In this document: positions 19,980 to 31,207 of the stretch, piece by piece
Layout: each line of letters begins with the position of its first letter
Position numbering within the stretch: position 1 is the stretch's first letter
From: Chthoniobacterales bacterium
GTDB taxonomy: Bacteria; Verrucomicrobiota; Verrucomicrobiia; Chthoniobacterales; Chthoniobacteraceae
Length of the DNA: 64,000 nucleotides
Assembly (NCBI GenBank): GCA_038207335.1
Contig: JBBQZX010000004.1
Span: forward strand, 1-64,000
Direction of reading: 5' to 3'
The notes under the pieces: generated by a model
What the model saw: only the letters and a program-made list of their open reading frames with translations
What the model was told of the DNA's origin: nothing
Databases searched by the model: none
Made by a program: the position numbers and the translations under genes

Positions 19980-20633
19980 GTGAGCAGCTCCGAGTTAATT
20001 GACGCCAACGCAAACTCCCCTTCGGCACGTCCGCGGTCCCGTCGTTGGCGCTGGCTGAGAGTGGCGAGTCGTATCCTTCTGGCCGTGCTTGTCGCGGCGT
20101 ATCTGCTCTTTACCGGTCCTCATAGATTCGATCGTTATCCGCCCAGCGAAGGCTCTCCGTATCGGCTCCCATGGCCTGCAGGGGTCTCGCACTTCTGCGG
20201 GCAAAGCAACCGGGGGATTGTCAGCCATCGCGGCTGGGAGGAGTTCGCATACGATTTCAATATGCCCGTCGGCTCAGACGTCTGCGCGGCTCGCGCTGGA
20301 GTAGTGCGCCGTGTGGTCATCCAACACGATGGACATGGCCTGCATGCGCCGAACAATCTGATCTCCATCGAGCACGATGACGGAACCCTCGGGTGGTATC
20401 TCCATTTGCAGAAAGGCGGGAGTCTAGTCCGCGTCGGTGAGAAGGTGGCCCAAGGCCAGATGATCGCCCGCAGTGGCCACGTCGGACGCAGCCTCGCGCC
20501 CCATTTACACTTTCAAGTCACCGACAACGCCCACCATGGCACGCTCCCAATCGCCTTCGCCGATATACCCGGCCAGCGGGGCATCCCTCGGATGCTCTTT
20601 TTCTACACATCTAGCAATCCACCGCCGCCGTAA
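19980..20633 (+). CDS. M23 family metallopeptidase
   Basis: H..AYDF, AARAGVV, YLHL, PHLHF. Confidence 0.88.
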   Translation: MSSSELIDANANSPSARPRSRRWRWLRVASRILLAVLVAAYLLFTGPHRFDRYPPSEGSPYRLPWPAGVSHFCGQSNRGIVSHRGWEEFAYDFNMPVGSDVCAARAGVVRRVVIQHDGHGLHAPNNLISIEHDDGTLGWYLHLQKGGSLVRVGEKVAQGQMIARSGHVGRSLAPHLHFQVTDNAHHGTLPIAFADIPGQRGIPRMLFFYTSSNPPPP

Positions 20634-20715
20634 GGGGTCACGTTTTCGGGCATCGAAGGCGGTCGAGGCGCGCGGTGATTGCGGGCTGCGGTTCGCGCTG
20701 GCATACCGTGCGGCG

Positions 20716-22079
<1,364 letters not shown>

Positions 22080-22080
<1 letters not shown>

Positions 22081-23339
22081 TGGACGTCGCCGCCAAACTC
22101 TCGATCCTCGCCGACGCGGCGAAATACGACGCCTCGTGCGCCAGCAGCGGAACGACGAAGCGGGACTCGAAATCCGGCGGCATCGGATCCACGACCGGCG
22201 CGGGCATTTGCCACAGCTACACGCCCGATGGACGCTGCGTGTCGCTGCTGAAAATCCTGCTCACGAATTTCTGCATCTACGACTGCCTCTACTGCATCAA
22301 CCGAACCTCCAGCGGCGTGCAGCGCGCGCGCTTCACCGCTGAGGAAGTGGTGGCACTCACGCTCGATTTTTACCGGCGGAACTACATCGAGGGGCTCTTC
22401 CTCAGCTCCGGGATCATCCGCAATCCCGATTACACGATGGAGCAAGTCGTCCGCGTCGCGCGTACCCTTCGGGTCGATCACGGCTTCCGCGGATACATCC
22501 ATCTCAAGACGATCCCCGAGGCCTCGCAGGGGCTCATCGACGAAGCCGGGCGCTGGGCCGATCGCATCAGCATCAACGTCGAACTGCCGACCGACGCCGA
22601 TATTTCAAAACTCGCGCCGGAGAAAAATCTCAGCCGCATCCGCACTTCGATGGAGGCGATCAAGACGAAGATCGACATCGCGAAAATCGAGCGCCGCGAC
22701 TTTTCAAAGGGCAGCCAATCGCGCGCACGGAGCGGGTCGCCGGGTGCGCCGAAGCCCTTCGCCCCCGCCGGGCAGAGCACGCAAATGATCGTCGGCGCGA
22801 CGCCCACCAATGACCGCCTCATCCTCGCGCAATCGGATTCGCTCTACCGCGAGCACCGGCTGCGGCGCGTCTATTATTCGGCCTTCAGCCCGATCCCCGA
22901 CGCCTCCAGCCGGCTCCCGCTCATCGCCCCACCGCTCGTCCGCGAGCACCGGCTGTATCAGGCCGACTGGCTTATGCGCTTCTACGGATTCGACGTGTCG
23001 GAGATCACCACCGAAGCCGAGCCCGAACTCTCCCTCGCGATCGATCCGAAGCTCGCATGGGCGCTGCGAAACCCCACCGCATTTCCCGCCGACGTGAACC
23101 GAGCGCCCCGCGAACGACTGCTCCGCGTCCCCGGCCTCGGCGTGAAAAATGTCGCTCGCATCCTGCAAATCCGCCGCTGGCACCGGCTCTGTCTCGCCGA
23201 CCTCGCGCGCCTCCGCGTACCGATGAAAAAGGCGCTCCCTTTCCTCATCGCCACCGACCATACGCCCCATCTTTTGGAAAATCGCGGAATTCTCAAATCG
23301 CTCGCCAAGCCCCGTCAAATGGAACTCTTCGGGGCATGA
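22080..23339 (+). CDS. Putative DNA modification/repair radical SAM protein (TIGR03916-like)
   Basis: DAAKYDASCASSG, CIYDCLYC, PAGQSTQMIVGA, REHRLYQADWLMRFYGF, HhH LLRVPGLG. Confidence 0.93.
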
Positions 23340-23400
23340 GCGCTGCTGCCATGTCGTCGCGAAGCGCGCCATCCAATTCAAACTTTTTTCCTCGGGACCA

Positions 23401-24822
23401 GTGATGCGGCAGATCACATTCGCACCCACTTTCACCGCGTGGCAGCGCGCCGCGCGGGAGGCGCTCGCGGAAAATCTTCCGCCCAAAACTCTCGCCTGGG
23501 AAGAACTCGGCGACGACCAGCCGGCGCTCTCACTTTTCGAAGAACCCGAACCCTCCGTCGCAAAACCCGCGCCTCGATTTCGCGTGCCACGCGCCTTTCC
23601 CGAAATGGCCCGCCGCGTCGCCTGCCATAGCGATCCGCGACGCTGGGCACTGCTCTACCGCGGGCTCTGGCGACTCACGCACGGCGAGCCGCGGCTGCTC
23701 GAAATCCTCGTCGATCCCGACATCCACGAACTCGCGCACATGGACAAAGCGATCCGCCACGACGTGCATAAAATGCGCGCGTTCGTCCGCTTCCGCGAAG
23801 TCCAGCACGCGGGCGCGGCGTGGTTCGTCGCGTGGTTCGAGCCGGAGCACCACATCGTCGAGCTGAACGCCGCATTTTTCCGTGACCGCTTCGCAGCGAT
23901 GAATTGGTCGATCCTCACTCCCGATCGCTGCGTCCATTGGGACAGCGCGCACCTCACATTCACCGGCGGCGTCGCGAAATCCGAGGCGCCGGGCGACGAC
24001 GCTGTCGAGGCGCTCTGGATCAATTATTACTCCCACATTTTCAACCCCGCCCGCGTGAAAACACACGCGATGCAGGCCGAGATGCCGAAGAAATATTGGA
24101 AAAATCTGCCGGAGGCAGCGGTGATCCCGGCGCTGCTACATCAAGCGCCAAAGCGGGTTCACGAGATGGTCACAAAAAGTAAATCGAAAGACAAAGGCCC
24201 CGACGATTGGCAGCCCGCGCCCGTCCCCGCGGCGCGCGATCTTACCGCCCTGCGCGCCGCCGCCGCACGCTGCGAAGCGTGCCCGCTCTACAAAAACGCA
24301 ACGCAAACCGTCTTCGGTGAAGGCCCGTCCAACGCGCCGCTCGTCATCGTCGGCGAGCAGCCCGGCGACAGCGAAGACCGCGAGGGACATCCCTTCATCG
24401 GCCCGGCCGGGCAGCTTCTCGACCGCGCGCTCGCAGAGGCCGGCATCGACCGCTTCGCCGCCTACGTCACAAACGCCGTGAAACATTTCAAATGGGAGCC
24501 GCGCGGAAAACGTCGCCTCCACCAGACGCCCAACTCGCGCGACATTGCCGCCTGCCGCCCATGGCTCGCCGCCGAACTCTCGGCCCTTGCTCCGCGCGTC
24601 CTCCTCCTTTTCGGCGGCACCGCCGCAAAAAGCATCCTCGGCCCCGGCGCCCTCGTCCTCCGCGACCGCGGATGCGTGCAGGCGTCGGAGTTTTGCAAAC
24701 AGACAATCCTCACTGTGCATCCATCCTCACTGCTGCGAGCGCCGGATGAAGCAGCGCGCGCCGAGGGCTACGCGCAATTCGTCGCCGACCTGCGAGTTGT
24801 CGCCGAAACCCTCGCTCGTTGA
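23401..24822 (+). CDS. udgX: DUF4130 (TIGR03915-like) fused to a UdgX-family uracil-DNA binding domain
   Basis: HKMRAFVRF, FNPARVK..EMPKKYWKNLPE; CEACPLY, GEQPGD, VKHFKWEPRGKRRLH, HPSSLLR. Confidence 0.9.
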   Translation: MMRQITFAPTFTAWQRAAREALAENLPPKTLAWEELGDDQPALSLFEEPEPSVAKPAPRFRVPRAFPEMARRVACHSDPRRWALLYRGLWRLTHGEPRLLEILVDPDIHELAHMDKAIRHDVHKMRAFVRFREVQHAGAAWFVAWFEPEHHIVELNAAFFRDRFAAMNWSILTPDRCVHWDSAHLTFTGGVAKSEAPGDDAVEALWINYYSHIFNPARVKTHAMQAEMPKKYWKNLPEAAVIPALLHQAPKRVHEMVTKSKSKDKGPDDWQPAPVPAARDLTALRAAAARCEACPLYKNATQTVFGEGPSNAPLVIVGEQPGDSEDREGHPFIGPAGQLLDRALAEAGIDRFAAYVTNAVKHFKWEPRGKRRLHQTPNSRDIAACRPWLAAELSALAPRVLLLFGGTAAKSILGPGALVLRDRGCVQASEFCKQTILTVHPSSLLRAPDEAARAEGYAQFVADLRVVAETLAR

Positions 24823-24824
24823 GG

Positions 24825-25103
24825 CTACTGGCCATTCGCGCCATCCATGCCGTTCGCAGCGGCGGCGATGTAGTCGATGACTTTCGCCTGCTGCGCGTCA
24901 TCGACATGCGCGCGGCGCGACATCGAGCCGACGATGCTTTTTCAACCACCCATCGAACGCGAATCGACCATCTCAAGGTCGTAACACTCCGTGCAACGGC
25001 TCGTGTAAATGCGCCGCCTTCCCCGAGCACGGCGGGTGGCGTGCTCAACTTTGGCCCCCGCTAAGAATGCCGCCGTGTCTGGCGGAGACGTGCGCTCTTC
25101 CAT
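24825..25103 (-). pseudogene. Degenerate small c-type cytochrome
   Basis: IYTSRCTECYDL (CxxCH changed to CxxCY), in-frame TGA at 24942-24944, then KSIVGSMSRRAH..VIDYI. Confidence 0.55.
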
Positions 25104-25136
25104 CGCGCCTTTTTCCACCTTTAGCGCGCGCAGCTT

Positions 25137-25535
25137 TCAGAAATTTTTCGACCGCATCCGCTTCGCGTCCCCGCGCTTCTTTTTCGAGTCGAGCATGCGC
25201 TGCTTCACACCCCAGGGACGTTTCGCATTTTGCCGGCGTTCCTTTTCCCTGGCTGATCGCCGGGCCGCGCGCTCCTCGCGGCGCTCGCGCTCGATGCGGT
25301 CGAGGAGGCGTTCCCATGCGAGCTGACGATTCATCGACTGCGACCGCGTATCCTGCACCGTGACCGCCGCTCCGGTCGGCACATGCCGCAGCGTGACAGC
25401 CGTGGAAACTTTGTTCACATGCTGCCCGCCGGGCCCGGACGAACGTGCGAATTTTTCCTCGAAATCCTCGAGCGCCAAACCGAGCGCAGTGAGACGCGCC
25501 AATTTTGAGGTTTGGAAATCGGATGGCGAATTCAT
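25137..25535 (-). CDS. Peptide chain release factor-like protein (ArfB/YaeJ-type peptidyl-tRNA hydrolase)
   Basis: RSSGPGGQHVNKV, RSQ..NR, basic C-terminal tail. Confidence 0.88.
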   Translation of the reverse strand: MNSPSDFQTSKLARLTALGLALEDFEEKFARSSGPGGQHVNKVSTAVTLRHVPTGAAVTVQDTRSQSMNRQLAWERLLDRIERERREERAARRSAREKERRQNAKRPWGVKQRMLDSKKKRGDAKRMRSKNF

Positions 25536-25550
25536 ACTGCTGCGCAAGCC

Positions 25551-26333
25551 ATGGAAGTGATCATCCAACCCGACGAACACGCGGTCAGCAAGACAGCGGC
25601 GCGCCTCTTTGAAGCGCAACTCGACCAAAAAGCCGCGAGCGTTTTCGGCCTCGCGACCGGCTCCACGCCGATCGGCCTGTATCGCGAACTCTCCGTCCTG
25701 TGCCACGCCGGGCTCGTCGATTTCACGCGCGCGAGCACCTTCAATCTGGACGAATACGTCGGCATCCCGGCGACCCATCCGTCGTCGTACTTCAGCTTTA
25801 TGCGCGAGCGGCTCTTCGCGCACATCGACCTGCCCGCGGCCAGCGCGCATGTGCCCGATGGCATGGCCGCCGACATCCCGGCGCACTGCCTCGCGTATGA
25901 AAAAGCGATCAACCGCGCGGGTGGCATCGACCTGCAACTGCTCGGCCTCGGCTCCGACGGGCACATCGGCTTCAACGAACCGAGTTCCTCGCTCAGCTCG
26001 CGCACACGGCTGAAGACGCTGACTCCGCGGACGATCGCGGACAACGCGAAGTATTTCGGCGGCGCGGAAAAGGTGCCGCACCACGTCATCACGATGGGCG
26101 TCGGCACGATTATGGAGGCGCGCCACTGCGTCGTGCTCGCGCTCGGCGAGCACAAGGCCGCCGCGGTCGCCGCGATGACCGAAGGTCCGATCACCGCCGA
26201 CTGCCCGGCGTCGATTTTGCAGATGCACGAGAACTGCACGCTCATCCTCGACGAGCCCGCCGCCGTGGCGCTGAAACGCTGCGAATACTATCGCTGGGTG
26301 TACGACCACAAACCCGCGTGGCAGAAGATGTGA
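25551..26333 (+). CDS. nagB: Glucosamine-6-phosphate deaminase
   Basis: GLATGSTP, FNLDEYVG, GHIGFNEP, ITMGVGTI. Confidence 0.95.
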   Translation: MEVIIQPDEHAVSKTAARLFEAQLDQKAASVFGLATGSTPIGLYRELSVLCHAGLVDFTRASTFNLDEYVGIPATHPSSYFSFMRERLFAHIDLPAASAHVPDGMAADIPAHCLAYEKAINRAGGIDLQLLGLGSDGHIGFNEPSSSLSSRTRLKTLTPRTIADNAKYFGGAEKVPHHVITMGVGTIMEARHCVVLALGEHKAAAVAAMTEGPITADCPASILQMHENCTLILDEPAAVALKRCEYYRWVYDHKPAWQKM

Positions 26334-26336
26334 TGC

Positions 26337-26414
26337 ATTCAGGATTTAGGATTTGTTTCTCGCCGCTCTCGGAAAGCCGCGCTCTCCGAGATTCCTAAAT
26401 CTTAAATCTTAAAT
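26337..26414. repeat. Inverted heptamer repeats between nagB and nagA
   Basis: TTCAGGA TTTAGGA ... TCCTAAA TCTTAAA TCTTAAA. Confidence 0.5.
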
Positions 26415-26424
26415 TTCTCCCTCC

Positions 26425-27585
26425 GTGCTTCTCACAAACGCCCGCCTCGTTTTTCCCGATCGCATCGCGCCACGCGGCTCGCTGCACATCGACGGCGGAA
26501 AGATCGCATCGGTCTCCGAGCAAGCACTGGAGCCACTTCCCGGCGAGGAGATTCTCGATCTGCGCGGCCAGTTTCTCGCACCCGGCTTCATCGACATGCA
26601 CATCCACGGCGCGCTCCATCGCGACACGATGGAGGCCGATGCCGACGCATTCCAAACGATCTGCCGCCACCACGCGCGCGGCGGCACGACCTCGCTCGCG
26701 CTCACGACCATCACCGCCACTGCGGATGAAATCCTGCGCGTGATCCTCGCGGTGAAGCGCTTTCGCGCAGTCCCGCCCGATGGAGCACAGGTGCTCGGTG
26801 TCCATCTCGAAGGCCCCTACTTTTCGAAAGAAAAGCCCGGTGCGCATCAGCTCGAACTCATCCGCACTCCGCGACGCGACGAGTGGCAGCCGTGGCTCGC
26901 GCACGCCGATTGCATCACACAAATGACGCTCGCGCCCGAGCTTCCCGGCGCGCTGGAGCTCATCGACGCGCTTACCGCCGCGGGCATCCGCGTCAGCGGC
27001 GGCCACAGCGACGCGTGGGACGAGGAAGCCGCCACGGCCTTTGCCCACGGGATGCGGCAGGCGACGCACACCTTCAACTGCATGTCCACCGCGCGCCGCC
27101 GCGGGCCGTATCGCGTCGCCGGTTTGCTCGAGTTCGCGATGAGCGAGCCCGACATGCTCTGCGAGCTCATCGCCGATGGCCGACACGTCTCTCCGACCCT
27201 CATGCGGATGCTCTACAATGCAAAAGGCCCTGACGGCATCGTGCTCATCACCGACGCCACCGCGGGCGCCGGGCTCACCGAGGAGTCGCACTTCTCACTC
27301 GCCGACATCGACTGCGTCGTCCGCGACGGAGTCGGTCTCACCGCCGATGGCAAGGCCCTCGCTGGCAGCACCGCCACGATGATCGGCTGCGTTCATAACA
27401 TGACGCAGCTCGTCGGCATCACCCTCCCCGAAGCCATGCGCATGGCCACGCTGAACCCCGCGCGAGCCCTCGGTCTCGAAACCAAAAAAGGTGCCTTGGC
27501 CCCCAGCTTCGACGCCGACCTCGTTGTCTTTACAGACGATTTTGAAGTGACCCGTGTCCTGATCGCAGGGCGGCCGCTTGCCTGA
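26425..27585 (+). CDS. nagA: N-acetylglucosamine-6-phosphate deacetylase
   Basis: PGFIDMHIHG, HLEGP, TLAPE, THTFNCM, IADGRHV, LAGS. Confidence 0.95.
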   Translation: MLLTNARLVFPDRIAPRGSLHIDGGKIASVSEQALEPLPGEEILDLRGQFLAPGFIDMHIHGALHRDTMEADADAFQTICRHHARGGTTSLALTTITATADEILRVILAVKRFRAVPPDGAQVLGVHLEGPYFSKEKPGAHQLELIRTPRRDEWQPWLAHADCITQMTLAPELPGALELIDALTAAGIRVSGGHSDAWDEEAATAFAHGMRQATHTFNCMSTARRRGPYRVAGLLEFAMSEPDMLCELIADGRHVSPTLMRMLYNAKGPDGIVLITDATAGAGLTEESHFSLADIDCVVRDGVGLTADGKALAGSTATMIGCVHNMTQLVGITLPEAMRMATLNPARALGLETKKGALAPSFDADLVVFTDDFEVTRVLIAGRPLA

Positions 27586-27592
27586 AAAAATC

Positions 27593-28813
27593 CTACGCCT
27601 TTGCGCCGAGTTCGAATGCCTCGTGTGCGAGATTTGCGGCGGCGACGATGCTGGATTCATCGAGGATCACCGCAGTTTTGATTTCGCTCGTGGAGATCAT
27701 CTGGATGTTGATCCCGCCATTGCTCAGCGCCTCGAAAAGCTTCGCCGCCACCCCGCTGTGCGAGCACATCCCGATGCCGACCACGCTCAGCTTTGCGATG
27801 CCGTCCTTTGCCACGAGCGTCCCCGCGCCGATTCCCGCGATCACGCTTGCCAGCGCGGCCTGCGCTTTCGGCAATTCGTCTTTGTTCAAAGTGAACGAGA
27901 TGTCCGTAGTGCCGGCGTTGCTCACATTCTGCACGATCATGTCGATGATGATCCCCGCGCCAGCGATCGCCGTAAAAATCTTCGCCGCGGTGCCGGGCCG
28001 GTCGGGCACATTCGTGACGGTCACTTTCGCCTGATTCTTTTCCACGCTGATGCCGCGGACGACGACGTTTTCCATGTTCATGGTTTCTTCTTTTACAATG
28101 GTGCCGGGGTTTTCGTTGAAGCTGCTGCGAACCTCAAAGACGACGCCAAATTTTTTCGCGAACTCGACCGAGCGCGACTGCATCACCTTCGAGCCGCTAG
28201 ACGCCATCTCGAGCATTTCCTCGTAGCTGATTTCGTCGATCTTTTGCGCCGTCGGCACGATGCGCGGATCGCACGAATAGACGCCATCGACATCGGTGAA
28301 AATCTGGCACAAATCGGCCTTCACCGCTGATGCGATCGCGATCGCCGTGAGGTCGCTGCCCCCGCGTCCGAGCGTCGTAATGCGCCCGTCACTCGTCTCG
28401 CCTTGAAACCCCGCGACGATCACGACTTGGCCTTCATCGAGCGACCGATGGACTTGCTTCGGCGTGAGGTTCGCAATCTTTGCCTTCGTGTGGACGCCGT
28501 CGGTGATGATCCCCGCTTGCGCGCCGGTCAGCGACACCGCCTTCGCGCCGAGCGCATTGATCGCCATCGCGAGCAGCGCGATCGTCGTCTGCTCACCCGT
28601 CGCGAGCAGCACGTCCATCTCGCGCTCCGCCGGATTCGCGGAGACTTGGCTCGCGAGCTTGATGAGCGAATCGGTGACGCCGCTCATCGCCGACACGACG
28701 ACGACCACGCTGTTGCCTTTCTCGCGAGTCGCGATCACGCGGCGCGCGACATTCAGGATGCGCTCGGGATTGCCGACGGAGGTGCCGCCATATTTTTGAA
28801 CAATCAGGGCCAT
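27593..28813 (-). CDS. lysC: Aspartate kinase
   Basis: QKYGGTSV, VVVSAM, TTLGRGGSD, two ACT domains. Confidence 0.96.
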   Translation of the reverse strand: MALIVQKYGGTSVGNPERILNVARRVIATREKGNSVVVVVSAMSGVTDSLIKLASQVSANPAEREMDVLLATGEQTTIALLAMAINALGAKAVSLTGAQAGIITDGVHTKAKIANLTPKQVHRSLDEGQVVIVAGFQGETSDGRITTLGRGGSDLTAIAIASAVKADLCQIFTDVDGVYSCDPRIVPTAQKIDEISYEEMLEMASSGSKVMQSRSVEFAKKFGVVFEVRSSFNENPGTIVKEETMNMENVVVRGISVEKNQAKVTVTNVPDRPGTAAKIFTAIAGAGIIIDMIVQNVSNAGTTDISFTLNKDELPKAQAALASVIAGIGAGTLVAKDGIAKLSVVGIGMCSHSGVAAKLFEALSNGGINIQMISTSEIKTAVILDESSIVAAANLAHEAFELGAKA

Positions 28814-28945
28814 GGAAAAAAGGGGCGGCATATTGACGCCGAGCGCCCGTCTGTCAACGTCTGCACCCGTTGCCTGACCCGCAATTGTGGAATAGCAAAA
28901 CACGCACCCAGAAGCTGCGGAACCGCCCCGCACAGTTCGCGCCCA

Positions 28946-29356
28946 TCACGCCTCCGACAGGACGATGATCCCTTCCGCGACACGCCGGTCGCCGATGCGC
29001 GCGCTCACTTCAAACTGCCAGAGTCCGCCGACGACGCCCACTTTTCTCGCCTCCAACTCGATCGCCTCGGAAGGCCGCGCCGCGCCCGGAAACTTCATCG
29101 CGCGGATCGCCGTGAGACGAAAAGCGCGGCCCGCCTGCGCTGCAGCGATGCCCGCGGTCTGCGCCAGCGCCTCTGCCAAAATCACGCCCGGCACAAGAGG
29201 ATCGCCCGGAAAATGCCCACGAAAAAACGGTTCGTCCGGTGCAAACGTTTTGCGTCCCGCGGCCGATTCGCCCGGCGTGTGCGAGATCACTTCGTCGATG
29301 AAGATGAAAGGCTCGCGATGCGGCAGTCCGAGCGCGATCGGATCAGCGGGAATCAC
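28946..29356 (-). CDS. FabZ-like 3-hydroxyacyl-ACP dehydratase
   Basis: LPHREPFIFID, GHFPGDPLVPGVILAEALAQ. Confidence 0.88.
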   Translation of the reverse strand: MIPADPIALGLPHREPFIFIDEVISHTPGESAAGRKTFAPDEPFFRGHFPGDPLVPGVILAEALAQTAGIAAAQAGRAFRLTAIRAMKFPGAARPSEAIELEARKVGVVGGLWQFEVSARIGDRRVAEGIIVLSEA

Positions 29357-29841
29357 GGTTGGAGCGCGGGCGGCGGCAGCAACTCATCCGGTGGCGGCGC
29401 AGGTAGAAAATACGCGAACTTCCAACTCCCACTGACGATGCGAACGCCGGCACGATACCCGTTGTAGCCGGGGTCTTTCACCACCTGTGGCGGCGCGCTC
29501 ATGTTCGTGTCGTTCGCTGCAAAGCCCTGCAGTAAAATCGAGTTCAACTCCGGCCACAAATTCTGCTGCGTCCAATAAGCAAAAACCTCCGAGGGATCGG
29601 TCGGCGCAGTCTCCGGGCGATCCCAGCGGAAGCCAAAATTGGTCGCCATCATCGTACCCAAAACCTTCAGGTCGCGATTGCGGGCCGCGAGCTTCAGTCG
29701 CCCGGTGAACGCCTGAAAAGACGTGTCCTTGTTCTGATCGTGCTTTTCCTCCTCCTTCTTTTTGTCGGACTTTTTGTAAGGCGTCTCACACCCGGCAAAG
29801 CCGAGCGTGACAATTAGGCAGAGCACAAAGCGAAAAATCAT
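29353..29841 (-). CDS. Hypothetical lipoprotein
   Basis: Lipobox FAGC; 4-nt overlap with the next gene. Confidence 0.75.
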   Translation of the reverse strand: MIFRFVLCLIVTLGFAGCETPYKKSDKKKEEEKHDQNKDTSFQAFTGRLKLAARNRDLKVLGTMMATNFGFRWDRPETAPTDPSEVFAYWTQQNLWPELNSILLQGFAANDTNMSAPPQVVKDPGYNGYRAGVRIVSGSWKFAYFLPAPPPDELLPPPALQP

Positions 29842-29924
29842 GACCGAGAAGCTAGTGTCGGCTCCACGTCCGGCGAAGAATTTTCTGTAGCAACTGGCGC
29901 CTGCGACTGGCCTGCGGGCAGAGT

Positions 29925-29953
29925 TCTAGCCGGGATCACCGATCCCGCCTACA
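29925..29953. repeat. REP-like palindrome (degenerate copy)
   Basis: TAGCCGGGATC-ACC-GATCCCGCCTAC, similar to 56917-56945. Confidence 0.6.
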
Positions 29954-30046
29954 ACGGATGGCGCTCCACGCCGACAAGGCGGAAAAATGCTGACTTAACT
30001 CGCGAACAAACGGCACATCCTGCCAGTCCACTTCCCGTCGATCCCC

Positions 30047-31207
30047 GTGCCATCAACAGCTTCCGCCTCAACCCCGCTCAAACTCTACGTCGTCGCCGGC
30101 GAAGCCAGTGGCGATTCGCGCGGAGCGGAACTGATGCGGGCATTGGCAGGCCTCACGCCGGACGTCGAATTCTGCGGCGCGGGCGGCCGTGAGATGCGCG
30201 CGCTGGCGGGAGGCGCGTTTGTGGATTGGGCTGACGAAGCCGTCGTCGGTCTCTGGGACGTGTTGAAAAAGTACGGCTATTTCAAAAAGCAGTTCGACCG
30301 GATGCTCGCAGACATCGCGTACGTGCAACCCGCCGCTGTGGTTTTCATCGATTACCCCGGCTTCAACTTGCGGCTTGCGAAATCTCTCCGGCAAAAAATT
30401 CCCGGCCTGAAGATCATCTACTACATCAGCCCGCAGGTCTGGGCTTGGCACCGCGGACGCATCCCGCAAATGGCGCGCTTCATCGACCTCATGCTGTGCA
30501 TTTTCCCCTTTGAAAAGCCCCTCTACGAGAAGTCGGGCCTGCGCACCGAGTTCGTCGGCCACCCGATGCTGGAGTCGCTCGAAGCGAAGCGCATCGCGGC
30601 ACCGCGCGAACCCGGACTCGTTGGACTTTTCCCCGGAAGCCGCGGAAAAGAGGTCCGCAAGATTTTCCCGGTCATGCTCCGCGCAGCGCGCGATATGCAG
30701 TGCGCCGACTCCTCGCTCATATTCGAAGCCGCAGCCGCGTCGGAGCCCGCAGCCGAGTCGATGCGAGCGATTTTGCGCGAGCAGCAGCTCGACGAGAACT
30801 GGTGCAAAATCACGTTGCACGGCTCGCACACGCTGATGCAGCGGGCATCTGCGGGCATGGTGGCTTCTGGTACAGCGACGCTGGAGGCGGCGTTTTTTGG
30901 GATGCCACTCGTCATCCTTTATCGTGTCGCGTGGCTCACCTGGGTCATCGGAAAGCGGCTCGTTAAAATTGATTTCCTCGGGATGCCGAACATCCTCGCG
31001 GGCCGCGAAATCGCACGCGAATTCCTGCAGGACGACGCCGAACCGTGCGCCATTGCCGCCGAAATGCTGCGCCTGCTCAATGACCCGTCCGCACGCGCCA
31101 CGATAGCGCACGACCTCGCCAGCGTGATCGCGCTACTCGGCGCGCCCGGCGCGGGAAGCCGCGCTGCCACAGTGATTGCGAGCGAACTGAGAATCGCCGC
31201 TCCATGA
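30047..31207 (+). CDS. lpxB: Lipid-A-disaccharide synthase
   Basis: AGEASGD, IDYPGFN, SPQVWAW, VGHP, PGSR, SGTATLE. Confidence 0.95.
   Translation: MPSTASASTPLKLYVVAGEASGDSRGAELMRALAGLTPDVEFCGAGGREMRALAGGAFVDWADEAVVGLWDVLKKYGYFKKQFDRMLADIAYVQPAAVVFIDYPGFNLRLAKSLRQKIPGLKIIYYISPQVWAWHRGRIPQMARFIDLMLCIFPFEKPLYEKSGLRTEFVGHPMLESLEAKRIAAPREPGLVGLFPGSRGKEVRKIFPVMLRAARDMQCADSSLIFEAAAASEPAAESMRAILREQQLDENWCKITLHGSHTLMQRASAGMVASGTATLEAAFFGMPLVILYRVAWLTWVIGKRLVKIDFLGMPNILAGREIAREFLQDDAEPCAIAAEMLRLLNDPSARATIAHDLASVIALLGAPGAGSRAATVIASELRIAAP

Noticed and set aside
25137..26309. 390-aa ORF as a long release factor
   Set aside because: The N-terminal part is antisense to nagB; the real gene starts at 25535.
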